A stretch of 64,000 bases of DNA from a virus: the IMG/VR virus record IMGVR_UViG_3300032770_000003, positions 64,001-128,000 of that record; one strand, given 5' to 3'. This document shows, piece by piece, positions 9,348-20,077 of this stretch (its first letter is position 1; the number at the start of each line of letters is the position of its first letter). Below the pieces are notes generated by a model. That model was given only the letters and a program-made list of their open reading frames with translations, made no database searches and was not told the origin of the DNA. A program made the translations under genes and the position numbers.

Positions 9348-12271
9348 TGCACCTCGATCAGCAACACTGCCTCAGTCACTGAGGTAGCTGAGCTGTTGTC
9401 TTGGAAGGTCAAAAGCAGTCCAAGAACCCCGGACGGAGGTGTCAGGGTCACACTCAGTGAGAACAGTCCCGTCGTTGTCAAATTGAAGGTCGCTCCTACG
9501 GGACTGGATGAAAGCGGCAAACTCAAATCAGTCACGTAACGTAACCGCCATACGGTTCCGGCTCCAGCCGTTGCCACGTTGCCGGTCAGGCGAGCTGTGA
9601 AGGTCGTAGCTCCAGCAGCCAAGATCGTATCGAAATCAAAAGCACGGCTCATCCCGATTTCGGTTTCAGTCGTATTACCTCCGAATGAGGCACCAGCCGC
9701 CCACGAACCAAGCAAGTACACCGGAGCTGGTGGAGGAGGTGCGGCTGCGCCAGGCTCAATCTGGAGGCACGAATCCAGGACAGTCACCTGCACGCCTGCC
9801 GCACGAATCAGATCGATCAGCCCCATGAAGCACTGGATCGGTGAGGACGGCATACGGAACGGATAGTCCGTCCCCGTGGAGCCCGGGAGGCTGCTGCCAG
9901 GACTCCAGATGACAGACTCGCCCACGGTGTAGGCGGTATCGAGGATCGTCGGCTCCTCCAGCGTGAACGTCGTGCTGTCGTGTGTGGTATACGAGAGGAC
10001 CGTGGGGGCTCCTGCACGCAGAGCAACGTAGTCACCTGCGGCGAAGGTTCCCACCAGCGGTGCGCTCAACGTCAACTGATTGAGTGTGGTGTTGTTCGCG
10101 CTGACGTGGGCCCACTCTTGAGTGATCAACCCTTCGCCTACCAACACCGGATAGGCAAAATTACCAGTGGGGAAAACGGAGCTGTCATCGAACTGCAGTA
10201 CTGTGGAGGAAACCACGACTGTGATCTTCTTGCGAACGCTGAGGCGGTTGGTACCGAAGTTCAGCCACAGCGATCCCGCACTCGGAAACCCTGTAGTACT
10301 TGCGGTCAGCAGTGACGAAGTCAGCTTCTCGACTGGGTGCCCAAACCGCGACGGGTTGATGGAGTCGCCCGTGTGTGGTTGGGTCAACGGATCGAAGGTC
10401 AATACATCATTCAACAGTTGAACCGTTTCGCCGCTACTGTGGTTCTTGGTCAGGGGTGTCGTTGAGACGAGCGTCAGTGTGCCGGGTGCAGCGTCCGTGT
10501 TGTCCTTGACGAGGACAACCTCTTGATGGGAACCACCTTGATCAATAATGACTTGATAGCCAGCATCGTGGATGCTGTCTGACGAGTCCGGGAACGCAGT
10601 GGAGTCGACCAAGGTGATCGAGAAATCACCGATGCTGGCGCCTGTGTTCAGCGTCGACTGTCCGTTGATACGGAGGTTGACCGCCAAGAGGGTCATGTCC
10701 TCCTGGAATCCAGTGTCACGTCCGATGCGGACAGGGTAGCTCGGTGTTGGCCACTGATAGGCGTCGTCGACTTCCAGGCAGGTTCGCCCAACCGTCTGGG
10801 AGACGACCACGCGTGTGGGAGGAGGAATCGCTACGATCGCTCCCCCCGAACGCGCCAGCGTCGTGCGAACCAAAGACGGCGCATTCTGGAGGACGTCATA
10901 GAGGTAGGGCCCTGACCACTCTGGTGCCGTGTTGATCGTTCCACCAGAGGTGCGTAGGTTGCCCTCTTCGAGATCGGTCCCACTGTATGGCTGCGGGTCC
11001 AATACGACCGTGGCGCCGATCGGGAAACTCGAACCAATGGCTTCCGCCAACGTGACGATCGATGTACTGGAGTCGTAGGTCAGATACTGGATGGTTGTCG
11101 TGCCCCCTACGATGATGGTACCCGTCGGGAACGGAAGACCACTGACGTCGTCGACTGTGATCGTCGTATCCGTGGGTGACGTAGGAACGATCACTGCCGT
11201 CGAGAAAGCGGGGGCTGAAGCTGCGTGGATATAGGACGCGTCTACCAGGCGACGAATGAGCGTCTGGGGCGGCAGACAGATCTTGACGCTGTGGGGTTGA
11301 CTCTCAAGAACCTCCCAAGGCACACCCTTCTGAAGTACAGACACCGTCTGCACCACAGAGCCCGGAGTTACCAGCTCGACGTACTCTGCAGGCGACGACG
11401 CGTGTGTGTGCTTCAGCGGCGTCTTCAGACTGAGCACACCTGTCGATGGATCGTTGGCGATGAACTGAATCACCTCTTCGTTGACAGCACCCGCGTTGAT
11501 CCGAACGAATCCGGTGGCGGGGAAGACACGAGTCTGGCTGGCGCCAAAAAGCAGAAAGACGCCGCCGACCACCGTAGCGAGTGTGATCGGTCGGACGACG
11601 AAGCCAAGTGGCCTAGCTCCGACATGATCTTGAGTGGTGGCCGCGAAAAGCGTCAGTGTGTTGGTGCCGGTGTTGTTTGCTGTCACCCGCACGACTTCCT
11701 CAGTGGGCAGACCCTGATCGATGAGAGCTGCGTACGGGAAGCCGCTCGTCGGAAAGAGCGCCGTGGATCGTAGAACCAGCGAGGTGGCCCCGGCAGCAGT
11801 ATCCGCCGCGAGATAGTTTAGGGCAGTGGCAACAGGGCTGTGAGCAATCGTCAGTGAGTCACTGAGAAACACCTTGTTGCTGGCGAGGTCACGGAAGCAG
11901 AAGTCGACCGTCTCTTCCGTGGGTAGACCCGGATCGAACACGAGCGTACCCACCTGGACCAACGGGCTGGCATCGGTGAGGACCACGACGTCGTCACCGA
12001 TGGCCGAAGCTCCCGCCAGGTAGGCCACGCGGGTCTTTTGCGGTCCCACACAGATCTCAAGGAGCCGGTAGAAGATGTTCCGGACTTCTTTGAAGGACAG
12101 CCCTACCTGCTTTGCCAGCGCCCGCCACTCATCGTCCTCGATGCCCTCGAACGGCCGATCAAGACCGAGGTTGGAGGTGACGACGTTGAGGTGCACGCCG
12201 TCTGCGGTATCCAAGAACAGCTGATCGCGCGTCTCTTGGATCGCGCTCTGGGTCTTGTCGCGACAAGCCAT
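9344..12271 (-). CDS. Baseplate wedge subunit with repeated beta modules
   Basis: Follows baseplate J; N-terminal DTADG.HL...NLGLDR..EDDEWR resembles P2 gpI-type wedge proteins; repeated FP..G...ID.G...EE.V modules. Confidence 0.75.
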   Translation of the reverse strand: MACRDKTQSAIQETRDQLFLDTADGVHLNVVTSNLGLDRPFEGIEDDEWRALAKQVGLSFKEVRNIFYRLLEICVGPQKTRVAYLAGASAIGDDVVVLTDASPLVQVGTLVFDPGLPTEETVDFCFRDLASNKVFLSDSLTIAHSPVATALNYLAADTAAGATSLVLRSTALFPTSGFPYAALIDQGLPTEEVVRVTANNTGTNTLTLFAATTQDHVGARPLGFVVRPITLATVVGGVFLLFGASQTRVFPATGFVRINAGAVNEEVIQFIANDPSTGVLSLKTPLKHTHASSPAEYVELVTPGSVVQTVSVLQKGVPWEVLESQPHSVKICLPPQTLIRRLVDASYIHAASAPAFSTAVIVPTSPTDTTITVDDVSGLPFPTGTIIVGGTTTIQYLTYDSSTSIVTLAEAIGSSFPIGATVVLDPQPYSGTDLEEGNLRTSGGTINTAPEWSGPYLYDVLQNAPSLVRTTLARSGGAIVAIPPPTRVVVSQTVGRTCLEVDDAYQWPTPSYPVRIGRDTGFQEDMTLLAVNLRINGQSTLNTGASIGDFSITLVDSTAFPDSSDSIHDAGYQVIIDQGGSHQEVVLVKDNTDAAPGTLTLVSTTPLTKNHSSGETVQLLNDVLTFDPLTQPHTGDSINPSRFGHPVEKLTSSLLTASTTGFPSAGSLWLNFGTNRLSVRKKITVVVSSTVLQFDDSSVFPTGNFAYPVLVGEGLITQEWAHVSANNTTLNQLTLSAPLVGTFAAGDYVALRAGAPTVLSYTTHDSTTFTLEEPTILDTAYTVGESVIWSPGSSLPGSTGTDYPFRMPSSPIQCFMGLIDLIRAAGVQVTVLDSCLQIEPGAAAPPPPAPVYLLGSWAAGASFGGNTTETEIGMSRAFDFDTILAAGATTFTARLTGNVATAGAGTVWRLRYVTDLSLPLSSSPVGATFNLTTTGLFSLSVTLTPPSGVLGLLLTFQDNSSATSVTEAVLLIEVQ

Positions 12272-12274
12272 GAG

Positions 12275-14107
12275 CTAGTTCACCGTCACCAAGCTGGCCC
12301 CGGAGATGTCATTCGGACGGGGCAGCTCGTTCTCCAGGACGATCACGTTGGACGTCGGGATGGTCACAATGGTGTCGGCGACACCGGTTACGGACATGGC
12401 ACGCCGGATGATCTCCGCTCGGATGACATCGCCACCGATCCCCAGCCCATTGATGTAGGCTTCGATCGCTTCTTGGACCGTGGGCGCTAGGTCCACCTCC
12501 TGGAATCCTGGCTTGGCCGTGATGGAGAGTCTGACGGTTATGCGTCTGATGACCGGAACGTCGACAATGACTCTGACGCCTGCCGGTCGTAGCCCAGGGA
12601 AGTCCGTCGGGTCAGACGGATCGCCATTGATGACTTTCTGAGCATCGAACATCAGCGCTGTGTAGTAGGAGTAGTTCGCGAACACGGCAGAGCCCGCGGC
12701 CACTCCGAAGCTGATGAACTCGATCTCTCCCGTTCCCCGATTCAGGAAGTAGTCGATGTTCTCCTGCTTCAGCACCGGTGCCAGGCTGGGCGGCTGTACC
12801 CACAGACGAAACGATGAGCGAATGATGGGGTAGTTGCTCAATGTGAAGAAGCGCTCCCCGCTCTCAGCGTCGAGAGTCATGGCGTCCACCACAGCGACTT
12901 CCACACCCGCCAGATGGCTGTTCACGGTGGGGCTTGAAAGGGTCACCGTGTTCGTTGTGAAGTTCACCGCGCTGAAGGGAAGCACCTCCATGTTGGCCGT
13001 GTTCTCCGGCTCGATGATCAGAATGCCCTGGGTGACGAACTGAGACACGTCTGTGAGAGACAGACTGCTGGTGGGAGTTGTTACCGGCGACGCCAACGTG
13101 GTCCGAGCAAGGTCGACTTGGTCGGGTGTGAAGCCGGTTCCGTCGTCGATATAGACGATCACCTCATCAGCTACGAAGTCCTCCAGGATGTTGGCAGTGG
13201 TGACCCGCTGGCCAGTGACCGTATCCTCAACACCAAGAACGCCCTGCTGCAGGCTCAGAACAGTTCCTCGCGACAGGGACTGAATCTGGGCACGCGCACG
13301 GTCGCGAAGCTCGTCATCGCTTTCGAGGTCGCGGCCACCAGCGAAGTTGGTGATGTTGGTGACCAGCGCACCATTGAAGGGCAGGCTACTGACGAACTGA
13401 GTGATCTTGCTCGTTCCGATGTTTCCATCAGAGCCCGGAATCTCTGCCAGAGCACGGATGGGTGTCGACTGAAAGTTGCCCGCGACGATGGTGCCGGTTT
13501 CAGTGGTGTCGAAGATGATGGAGGCGGTCGTCGACGTCGCGGGTACTTGCACCCGGATGCCCGGCTGAAGCGTGATGTCACTACCGGAGACCAACGAAAC
13601 ACGCTCAGCGATGCCGTGGGCGTTCACCAGCGGACTGGAAAACGTAAGCTGACCTGTGCCGGTGTTGTTGGCACTGACGTCGATGTCCTCAACTGCCGTG
13701 GTACCCTCACCGATCCGAACGACGTAGGGGAAACCGCTCGTGGGGAAGGCGCTGGAGTTCTCGATGAACGCTGAGGTCGCGCTGCTTGGTACGCTGAAGA
13801 CCAGATCGGACGTGACGAGATTGCCATTTTCGATCAGCACCGTTCCGGATGCGGCCTGAGGCTGGAGGCGGATGATGTTGTACTCCGCAACGCGGTCATC
13901 AAGATCCTGCCCCGCAGCCGATGTCAGGCGGAAGGCATCCAGCAACATGACCATCTGGAAGTACTGCTCGTCATCCTCCAGAGCAGCTGCTTCGATGATG
14001 GTCCGGATGACTGAGCCGACTTCGAAGTCGGTCAGCTCAGTCTGCATCCGGACATACGCGATCATGTCGTCTCTCACTTCTTCGAACGTTCGCGGTGTAA
14101 ACGCCAT
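12275..14107 (-). CDS. Baseplate J-like wedge protein
   Basis: TDFEVGSVIRTIIEA, AAGQDLD and GGRDLESDDELRDRA motifs; ATG at 14107 with GGAGA RBS and TAATG overlap. Confidence 0.9.
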   Translation of the reverse strand: MAFTPRTFEEVRDDMIAYVRMQTELTDFEVGSVIRTIIEAAALEDDEQYFQMVMLLDAFRLTSAAGQDLDDRVAEYNIIRLQPQAASGTVLIENGNLVTSDLVFSVPSSATSAFIENSSAFPTSGFPYVVRIGEGTTAVEDIDVSANNTGTGQLTFSSPLVNAHGIAERVSLVSGSDITLQPGIRVQVPATSTTASIIFDTTETGTIVAGNFQSTPIRALAEIPGSDGNIGTSKITQFVSSLPFNGALVTNITNFAGGRDLESDDELRDRARAQIQSLSRGTVLSLQQGVLGVEDTVTGQRVTTANILEDFVADEVIVYIDDGTGFTPDQVDLARTTLASPVTTPTSSLSLTDVSQFVTQGILIIEPENTANMEVLPFSAVNFTTNTVTLSSPTVNSHLAGVEVAVVDAMTLDAESGERFFTLSNYPIIRSSFRLWVQPPSLAPVLKQENIDYFLNRGTGEIEFISFGVAAGSAVFANYSYYTALMFDAQKVINGDPSDPTDFPGLRPAGVRVIVDVPVIRRITVRLSITAKPGFQEVDLAPTVQEAIEAYINGLGIGGDVIRAEIIRRAMSVTGVADTIVTIPTSNVIVLENELPRPNDISGASLVTVN

Positions 14108-14859
14108 TACACAATCTCCTTGAACCATGTTTGTGCGATGGCAGCTTTTCGTTCGAGCGCAACAGAAGCTTTCGCATATAGGAGTCTTGCTACGTGAACA
14201 GCTTCAGTGCTTCGGCTGATCGTTATACGATGACAGTTCACCCTCTTGTACTTAGTAACACTCACATCAGTGTGAATAAAAACCTTGAACTGCTCACACA
14301 GTCGGCGTGACCCACACAGCGTAATATTCGGATATAGGTAACCGCGGATCTTGTCTTTCTTCGTAGTCAAACAACCGTCACCGTCGATGACTCCACGCCA
14401 AAAATGACGATTCTCTTGAAGAATGGGAGACGCCGCTTCCTGACCACTCTTACGAGGAACCACACCATAGCTGGCAAGCTTTGCTGCCATCCAGTCAGAC
14501 GGAAACTTGAGTTGCCAGCTTCGTCCATGCTTGGTAAGGGGGTACGTACCCTTCACGAACACCCGGAATTTACCGACGTGCTCCCGGTCTGCACTGGTCA
14601 CGCTGACAACCACCTGTCCACGGTAGCTATCCAACAAGCAGCCATCAGCTAACAAGAACCCAGCCCAGTAGGCAGATACGTCGGTCACGCAGTCAAAGAC
14701 ATGTTCATCGACGAAATGGTGTCGACGATTACCCTGGGGCCGGGGTTCACTGATTCCTTTCCGGATCCAGTATTGACTGAGCTGATACTTCGCCGCCAGG
14801 CTACGTATGGTAGCCCCGGCTTGATACTCTGAGTCGTAGGTTCTGGGGGTAAAGCTCAT
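14107..14859 (-). mobile_element. Free-standing LAGLIDADG homing endonuclease
   Basis: AYWAGFLLADG and FWRGVIDGDG motifs, N-terminal HTH-like segment. Confidence 0.9.
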
Positions 14860-14864
14860 GATGA

Positions 14865-16706
14865 TTACCGCCGGGTGTCGAAGGCGACAGTAACGGTCTG
14901 ATCGGAGTCAGCGATGTCAAGCGTCGCTGCCACCGTCAACACGTTCCCTTCAGACTGAAATGACAGCGCCCGCACATCGCTGATCCTAGTATCACCGAGT
15001 AGGGACGCGCGCGTGTTGAGCTGGAAGCCTACTAGGCTGCGAAGAAGAACTTTCCTGCCGATCGGGGCCTGAACACCAAAGTTTGGGTGGGTAGGGAGGG
15101 TGCCCTGCTCCGTCGAGAACTTGATCACGATCGCTTGCGAGAGGTTGTCGAGCCCTTCGATCTGATCGAGATCTCCCTGGGGATTGCCCCCGATGTCATA
15201 GATCGGGAGTCCGCCCGCCCCCTGCTCAGCGCGCAGCCGGAGATCGAGCCCCAGTCGAGTCGTCAGGTCTGACTGCTGCGCCACCTTGGTCGGAGACACC
15301 CCCGAGAGCGTCTCGCCCCCGCTGGTCGGGAACAGAATCGTGTCCCCTGGTCGAAGCACGTTGACACCGTCGCCGGTGGGGTCGATGTACGGCTGCTTGA
15401 GGTTGTTGGTGATGACCAGCTCTTTCCAGCGCGCCTGATCCCCGAGCAGGCGCTGAGAGATGGTGTAGATGTTGTCGCCACCGTTGATGGTGGCCAATGC
15501 AGTGCCGTTGCCGGCGGTCACATTCTGCAGATCGGTGGGACTGCCGCCTGTCAGCGGTGGCCGTCCATCGTTGTCGGTGTTCCGATAGGCCGAAGCTCGG
15601 GTATCGAACTGCTGACCGATGGATGGTGAGAAGAGCTTGTCTTGCGAGGTCACCCGGGTGCTCGCGCGCTGAATGCGCTTGGCGGCTTCCCGCACGAGTG
15701 CCCATTGGGTGCTGATGCCTTGCTGGGTGTACGCGTTTACCTGGTTCTGGAACGATGCCAGTGACTCCATCAGACCGATGGCGGAGTTGGCCAACAAGGC
15801 GACGGAGTTTCTCGGAATCGCCAGCCCCTGAGCTGTCGTCGCCAGCACGCCCGTCAACCCATCGAGCAGCGCCCGCGCGGGTGCTGTCACTTCGTTGATC
15901 GTCGCTTGTGCCACTCCGATCGTGCGGTCGACCAAGCTGTTGACCGTGTTCAGCGCCGCTGAAAGCTCACGTACGATCTGAGCGAGCGTCCCAGTCACCT
16001 GCTGGAGAGCGTTCCGTTGAATCCTGGAGTCAGGTCGGCGCTCCAGCAAGAAGGTCACCTTGCTGATGGTGCGCAGCTGGATCTCGTAAGCGAAGGTGAC
16101 GGGGTTGGAAGCGTCTCGCTTGGTCTTGAACGAGACGGGCTCCACCAGGTAGAATTCCCCCTCCTTCCCGTTCTGCCAGACCATGATGATCGACGACGAG
16201 ATGGCCGGGTCAGCCTTGAAGTCGAAGTACCTGCGAAAGAGGTTGCGGAGATCGATGAAGTCCTGAAAACCGCTGCTCTCTCCGGGTGGGAGCAGCGTCG
16301 TGGGCTCGATCGGGGTCACGGCAAACGGGTTCGGCACCCCCAGGATGGGAATCAGTGAGTTCTGTTGGCTGCGGTTCGGACGTAACCCGGTGGTGCCTGT
16401 GATGGTGATGGTCTTGTAGACCGAACCCTGGTGCTCGACGAACTGACCACCATCCTGGGTGGGGGTGATGGTCATCGACGCTGGCTCATCAAGATCCAGC
16501 GTCTTGGGGTTCATGTTGAACACGAACTCGATAGCGTTCGGACCCTTAGTTGCCGCCTGAGCCAGCGTGCTCCCTGGCGCACCATTCAAGGCTGTGAACT
16601 TCGTATCGAGCAGAGCAAGGGCATAGAGCCCCGCACTGTCACTGCGAGACGAGATCCGCCAGTTGCGTGGATCAGGATTGGAGAGGGTGTTGCTACTAGC
16701 CATCAC
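14865..16706 (-). CDS. Tube-initiator / LysM-like / gp25-like baseplate fusion protein
   Basis: N-terminal FVFNMNP..L (tube initiator-like), central GDNIYTISQRLLGD...W.EL...NNL (LysM-like), C-terminal GLDNLSQAI...TEQGTLP.HPNFG (gp25/W-like). Confidence 0.75.
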   Translation of the reverse strand: MMASSNTLSNPDPRNWRISSRSDSAGLYALALLDTKFTALNGAPGSTLAQAATKGPNAIEFVFNMNPKTLDLDEPASMTITPTQDGGQFVEHQGSVYKTITITGTTGLRPNRSQQNSLIPILGVPNPFAVTPIEPTTLLPPGESSGFQDFIDLRNLFRRYFDFKADPAISSSIIMVWQNGKEGEFYLVEPVSFKTKRDASNPVTFAYEIQLRTISKVTFLLERRPDSRIQRNALQQVTGTLAQIVRELSAALNTVNSLVDRTIGVAQATINEVTAPARALLDGLTGVLATTAQGLAIPRNSVALLANSAIGLMESLASFQNQVNAYTQQGISTQWALVREAAKRIQRASTRVTSQDKLFSPSIGQQFDTRASAYRNTDNDGRPPLTGGSPTDLQNVTAGNGTALATINGGDNIYTISQRLLGDQARWKELVITNNLKQPYIDPTGDGVNVLRPGDTILFPTSGGETLSGVSPTKVAQQSDLTTRLGLDLRLRAEQGAGGLPIYDIGGNPQGDLDQIEGLDNLSQAIVIKFSTEQGTLPTHPNFGVQAPIGRKVLLRSLVGFQLNTRASLLGDTRISDVRALSFQSEGNVLTVAATLDIADSDQTVTVAFDTRR

Positions 16707-17461
16707 TCACCTGTGACTGCTTTGAGCACCTCGCGGGGTTTGGCATTCTCGATCTTGTCGAGGACGCGGACCGCTTTGTGGATGTTGCCCTGGAACAACG
16801 AGCGCGAGTTGACCAACTCCTTGAGTGACTGAAGGACGGCGTCCTCCAGGGTGAACTCGTCACCAACCGGCTCCGTGGTGTTGTTCGTCAGAAGATCGGC
16901 CAGGCGCAGGATACGGAACGCCCGCGACCGATGTTGTAGCTCTGTGAGCGTCGCCGGTCCGTCTTGGATGATCTGGCAACCCAGACACTGATTCGGAGTC
17001 TGGAAGATGGCCAACAAGTACTTGCGCTCATCCTCAGTCAGGATGAGTGTCTTGCTTGGCATCCGCGCGTAGTCTTCAGCAAAGAACGACACGTCCAGCG
17101 TGCGCTTGAGTCCGATCGTGATGGGCTCCAACAGCCACGACAGGTCTGAATAGCGGACCCGCCTCTCCAGCACACCGAGCAGGTAGCGAGCTGCCTCGAA
17201 CTCCAAAGCATGTTCGGTCTTCGGTGCATCCGCATTGAGCCCCTCACGAATCATGCGGGCTATCTCGTCACGAGGCATGTCCTCGAAAAGGTTGAGCCCC
17301 AACCCATCCAACACGTCACAGTGCCGGCGGATGTGCTGCGGTGACTCCGATGAGAGGAGTTGGATTCGACAGTCTTGGCAGCGTCGCACAACGTTCAGGA
17401 CGAAGTTCAAGGCCGCCTTGTCGGCAGTGGTAAGGGACAACGGAATCGACACTTTCTTCAT
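16703..17461 (-). CDS. Hypothetical protein with internal duplication (two CxxC)
   Basis: 252 aa, GGAG-like RBS; two similar halves, L.LT..DK..L...CQDC and LILT..ERK.L...CLGC. Confidence 0.65.
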   Translation of the reverse strand: MKKVSIPLSLTTADKAALNFVLNVVRRCQDCRIQLLSSESPQHIRRHCDVLDGLGLNLFEDMPRDEIARMIREGLNADAPKTEHALEFEAARYLLGVLERRVRYSDLSWLLEPITIGLKRTLDVSFFAEDYARMPSKTLILTEDERKYLLAIFQTPNQCLGCQIIQDGPATLTELQHRSRAFRILRLADLLTNNTTEPVGDEFTLEDAVLQSLKELVNSRSLFQGNIHKAVRVLDKIENAKPREVLKAVTGE

Positions 17462-17473
17462 TACGTCCTTCTC

Positions 17474-20074
17474 CTAACTGAGCAATCCAAGTGCTCTCAG
17501 CGCAACGTCGTGCTGCCGGAGAGCACGCGCCAGTTGATAGATGTCATTGCGAATCGTAGGCGCGTCCGTCGCATAGGTTGTGAGGTCGGTAAAGTCATCG
17601 ACCTGGTCTGTGGTTCCACCAGACGTCACGTTGTTGGTAAGGGTGGCGCCACGTGTCTGCTGCACAACAGGGGTGGCGTTGAAGAACCCAAGTTTCTGGC
17701 TCGTAGCGGTACCGATCTTGGTACCGGTAGAGGTGCCTACGACGATGTTCCACGCATCTCCCAACGTGAACGTAGTAGACCCAGGCGCCTTGTTCCCAAT
17801 TCCAACGCCGGTGGAAGTCGCGACGAAGGGAGGAACACCACCTCCTGCCGCGGTAACACCGTCGCTCGCAGTATCGTCAAGATACCCTCCCAGAGCGACG
17901 CTCCCTCCTTCGGTCACGTGAACAACGGAGCCCACACTCCAGAAGGACACAGACAACCAGTTACCCACGTTGTTGTCTGCGAGGTGGCGATAGATGAGCT
18001 GCGCCGCCTGGCCTGTAGCTCCTGCCTTTCCTAGATTGAAGCACAGGTGGTTCGTGTTGATGAAAGAGGGACTGAACACACTCAGGCCACTCGCGAAGTC
18101 TGACGTATCATTCACCTTCACATCTAGCTGCGCTGCAGGCGTTGTCGGCGCTCCGATTCCAACGAGCCCATTGACACCCGAGATCAATATCCGCGTGGCC
18201 GATGGATCGAAGATCGCGATCTGGTCGTTCGTCTTGTTCCGGAAGATGCCTCCCTTGAAAGTCGTGTTCGTCGAGGCGAACTGATACCCCATGAAACCAC
18301 CCGTGGTATCGGTGGAACACAGAGATACACAAGGAGCTGCTGCTCCTGCTGAGTTGTCTATGATTTCGAGGTCGTTCTGTGGACCAGTTGAGCCGATACC
18401 AATCTTGCCGTCGTACTGAATTCGCATCCTCTCTGAGAGGCCGAAGTTGTACGTCGAGAACGCGAGTCCCACGTGACCAGAAGCATCGTAAACAGATGCC
18501 AGCTTTACTGCATCAACACCTCCAACAACGTAGGCCAGTTCCTGATTGTTACCAACCGCATTCGGTGCGTAGAGATTGAGGAGTCTCTTGGTACCTGCAG
18601 AGGGTGTCTGGATCTCGAAGACTGAGGTTCCAGAGGACGTAGCTGCGCCGACCACCACCCGCCCCGAGACGGGCATCAGCGCCATGTCTCCGTTGGCGAC
18701 TACTTCCATCACGTCCGCCGCACGAACGGCGTCGTACATGAAGAAGTTGTTGTTGGATTGGCGACCGAACTGCCACTTGACGACAGCGTTCTCCGCCAGA
18801 TCCCATGCGCTCTGAAAGCTCACAGAGCCATCGAGTGAGATCCGGGCGCTGTTGCTGCCTGTGCTACGAAATTTGGCAACATAGCCGCCACTGAAGCCGC
18901 CTGTACTGGTGACGACTTCTAGACTAGCAGTAGGGGTCGCTCCCGTTTGAATACCAACGTCTCCTGCCTCCACCCAAATAGTGTTCGCGACAGCGCTCGC
19001 GTTGATCACCCGAATGACATCCGTCGCACCGCTGGCGCGCAGGATCCAATCGTCTGTATTCCGCGTACCATCACGACCGAAGTACCACTTTTCAGTGCTG
19101 GCAGTGCGAACACGGAACCCGTTGTAGACACCAGATCCAGCCGGTCCGTTGATGTCAACATTCGCCTGCTGAGTGGCACCAGATCCCGCCGTGAAGGTGC
19201 GAAACGATCCAGAAAGAAAAACAGTGAAACCAGTGTCACCCGTTAAGGCTGAGGTTCCACTCCAGTACGCCATTTCATTCGCTACACCTGTACCGGTAAC
19301 GGTTCCCGTCGTCGGTGTCACCCACTTGACGCCTGTGGTCTGTGTGCTGTCAGCCGTGAGCACCTGACCGTCTGAACCAACAGCCAGTCGTGCCTCGACA
19401 GTCGAGAACGTGTACAGATCACCTTTGGTCGTAAGAGGCGAGTAGGCCACACTCACGATCGTTGTTCCCGACCGCTTGAGGATCTGGCCATCGGTGATGG
19501 TGGAGATCGTGAGCTGGGTAGCCCCAGTGTGGATCGCTGTTACGGTAGGACTGGGGTACGTGCCACCCAGATCTCCGCTCGCCGAACCGGTGGGCGTGCG
19601 CGCATCCGATAGTCGTGAGTCGTTTCCTTGACAGATGGTACCCGCGGTCGTCCCGAACCCTGTTCCCACCACCGTCGTTCCGGATCGCTGGAAGAAGGTG
19701 GTATCTGGGATCGCGCCGTAGGTGAGCTGTGTCGGACCTCCCGTCTCGTGGAGCGCTACGACAGTCGGACTCGGGTATGTTCCACCGAGATCGCCGCTCG
19801 CTGGTCCAGTCGGCGTACCACCGCCGCCCCCACCACCAGGGGTGCCGATGATTGTTGTCCCGAACCGGGTGAGGACCATACCATCAGGAATCAGACCAAT
19901 GGTGAGGACGATACCGTCAGAGGTTTCGAGCTTCGCCGGTGCGTAGGTATCGACGATGGCGTTGCCCATCCCCTTGAAGATCTTGTTCCGATCCACGCCA
20001 CCAGACGCCCCCGCTACAGCGACGTCAATGGCGGACTTGATCGCCAGTCCGAGTATGTCGCCTGCGACCGACAT
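17474..20074 (-). CDS. Tail fibre protein
   Basis: 866 aa Gly/Thr-rich; two ASGDLGGTYPSPTV repeats, RLSDARTPT, TTKGDL and G.VGIG...P...LEV fibre repeats. Confidence 0.85.
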   Translation of the reverse strand: MSVAGDILGLAIKSAIDVAVAGASGGVDRNKIFKGMGNAIVDTYAPAKLETSDGIVLTIGLIPDGMVLTRFGTTIIGTPGGGGGGGTPTGPASGDLGGTYPSPTVVALHETGGPTQLTYGAIPDTTFFQRSGTTVVGTGFGTTAGTICQGNDSRLSDARTPTGSASGDLGGTYPSPTVTAIHTGATQLTISTITDGQILKRSGTTIVSVAYSPLTTKGDLYTFSTVEARLAVGSDGQVLTADSTQTTGVKWVTPTTGTVTGTGVANEMAYWSGTSALTGDTGFTVFLSGSFRTFTAGSGATQQANVDINGPAGSGVYNGFRVRTASTEKWYFGRDGTRNTDDWILRASGATDVIRVINASAVANTIWVEAGDVGIQTGATPTASLEVVTSTGGFSGGYVAKFRSTGSNSARISLDGSVSFQSAWDLAENAVVKWQFGRQSNNNFFMYDAVRAADVMEVVANGDMALMPVSGRVVVGAATSSGTSVFEIQTPSAGTKRLLNLYAPNAVGNNQELAYVVGGVDAVKLASVYDASGHVGLAFSTYNFGLSERMRIQYDGKIGIGSTGPQNDLEIIDNSAGAAAPCVSLCSTDTTGGFMGYQFASTNTTFKGGIFRNKTNDQIAIFDPSATRILISGVNGLVGIGAPTTPAAQLDVKVNDTSDFASGLSVFSPSFINTNHLCFNLGKAGATGQAAQLIYRHLADNNVGNWLSVSFWSVGSVVHVTEGGSVALGGYLDDTASDGVTAAGGGVPPFVATSTGVGIGNKAPGSTTFTLGDAWNIVVGTSTGTKIGTATSQKLGFFNATPVVQQTRGATLTNNVTSGGTTDQVDDFTDLTTYATDAPTIRNDIYQLARALRQHDVALRALGLLS

Positions 20075-20077
20075 GGA

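Noticed and set aside
14107-14859. Group I intron around the free-standing endonucleases
   Set aside because: The ORFs abut or overlap flanking genes, leaving no room for a ribozyme core, and downstream genes have their own starts.
19540-19820. Direct repeat in the tail fibre as a diversity-generating retroelement TR/VR pair
   Set aside because: It is an in-frame protein repeat (ASGDLGGTYPSPTV) with synonymous differences, and no reverse transcriptase is in the window.
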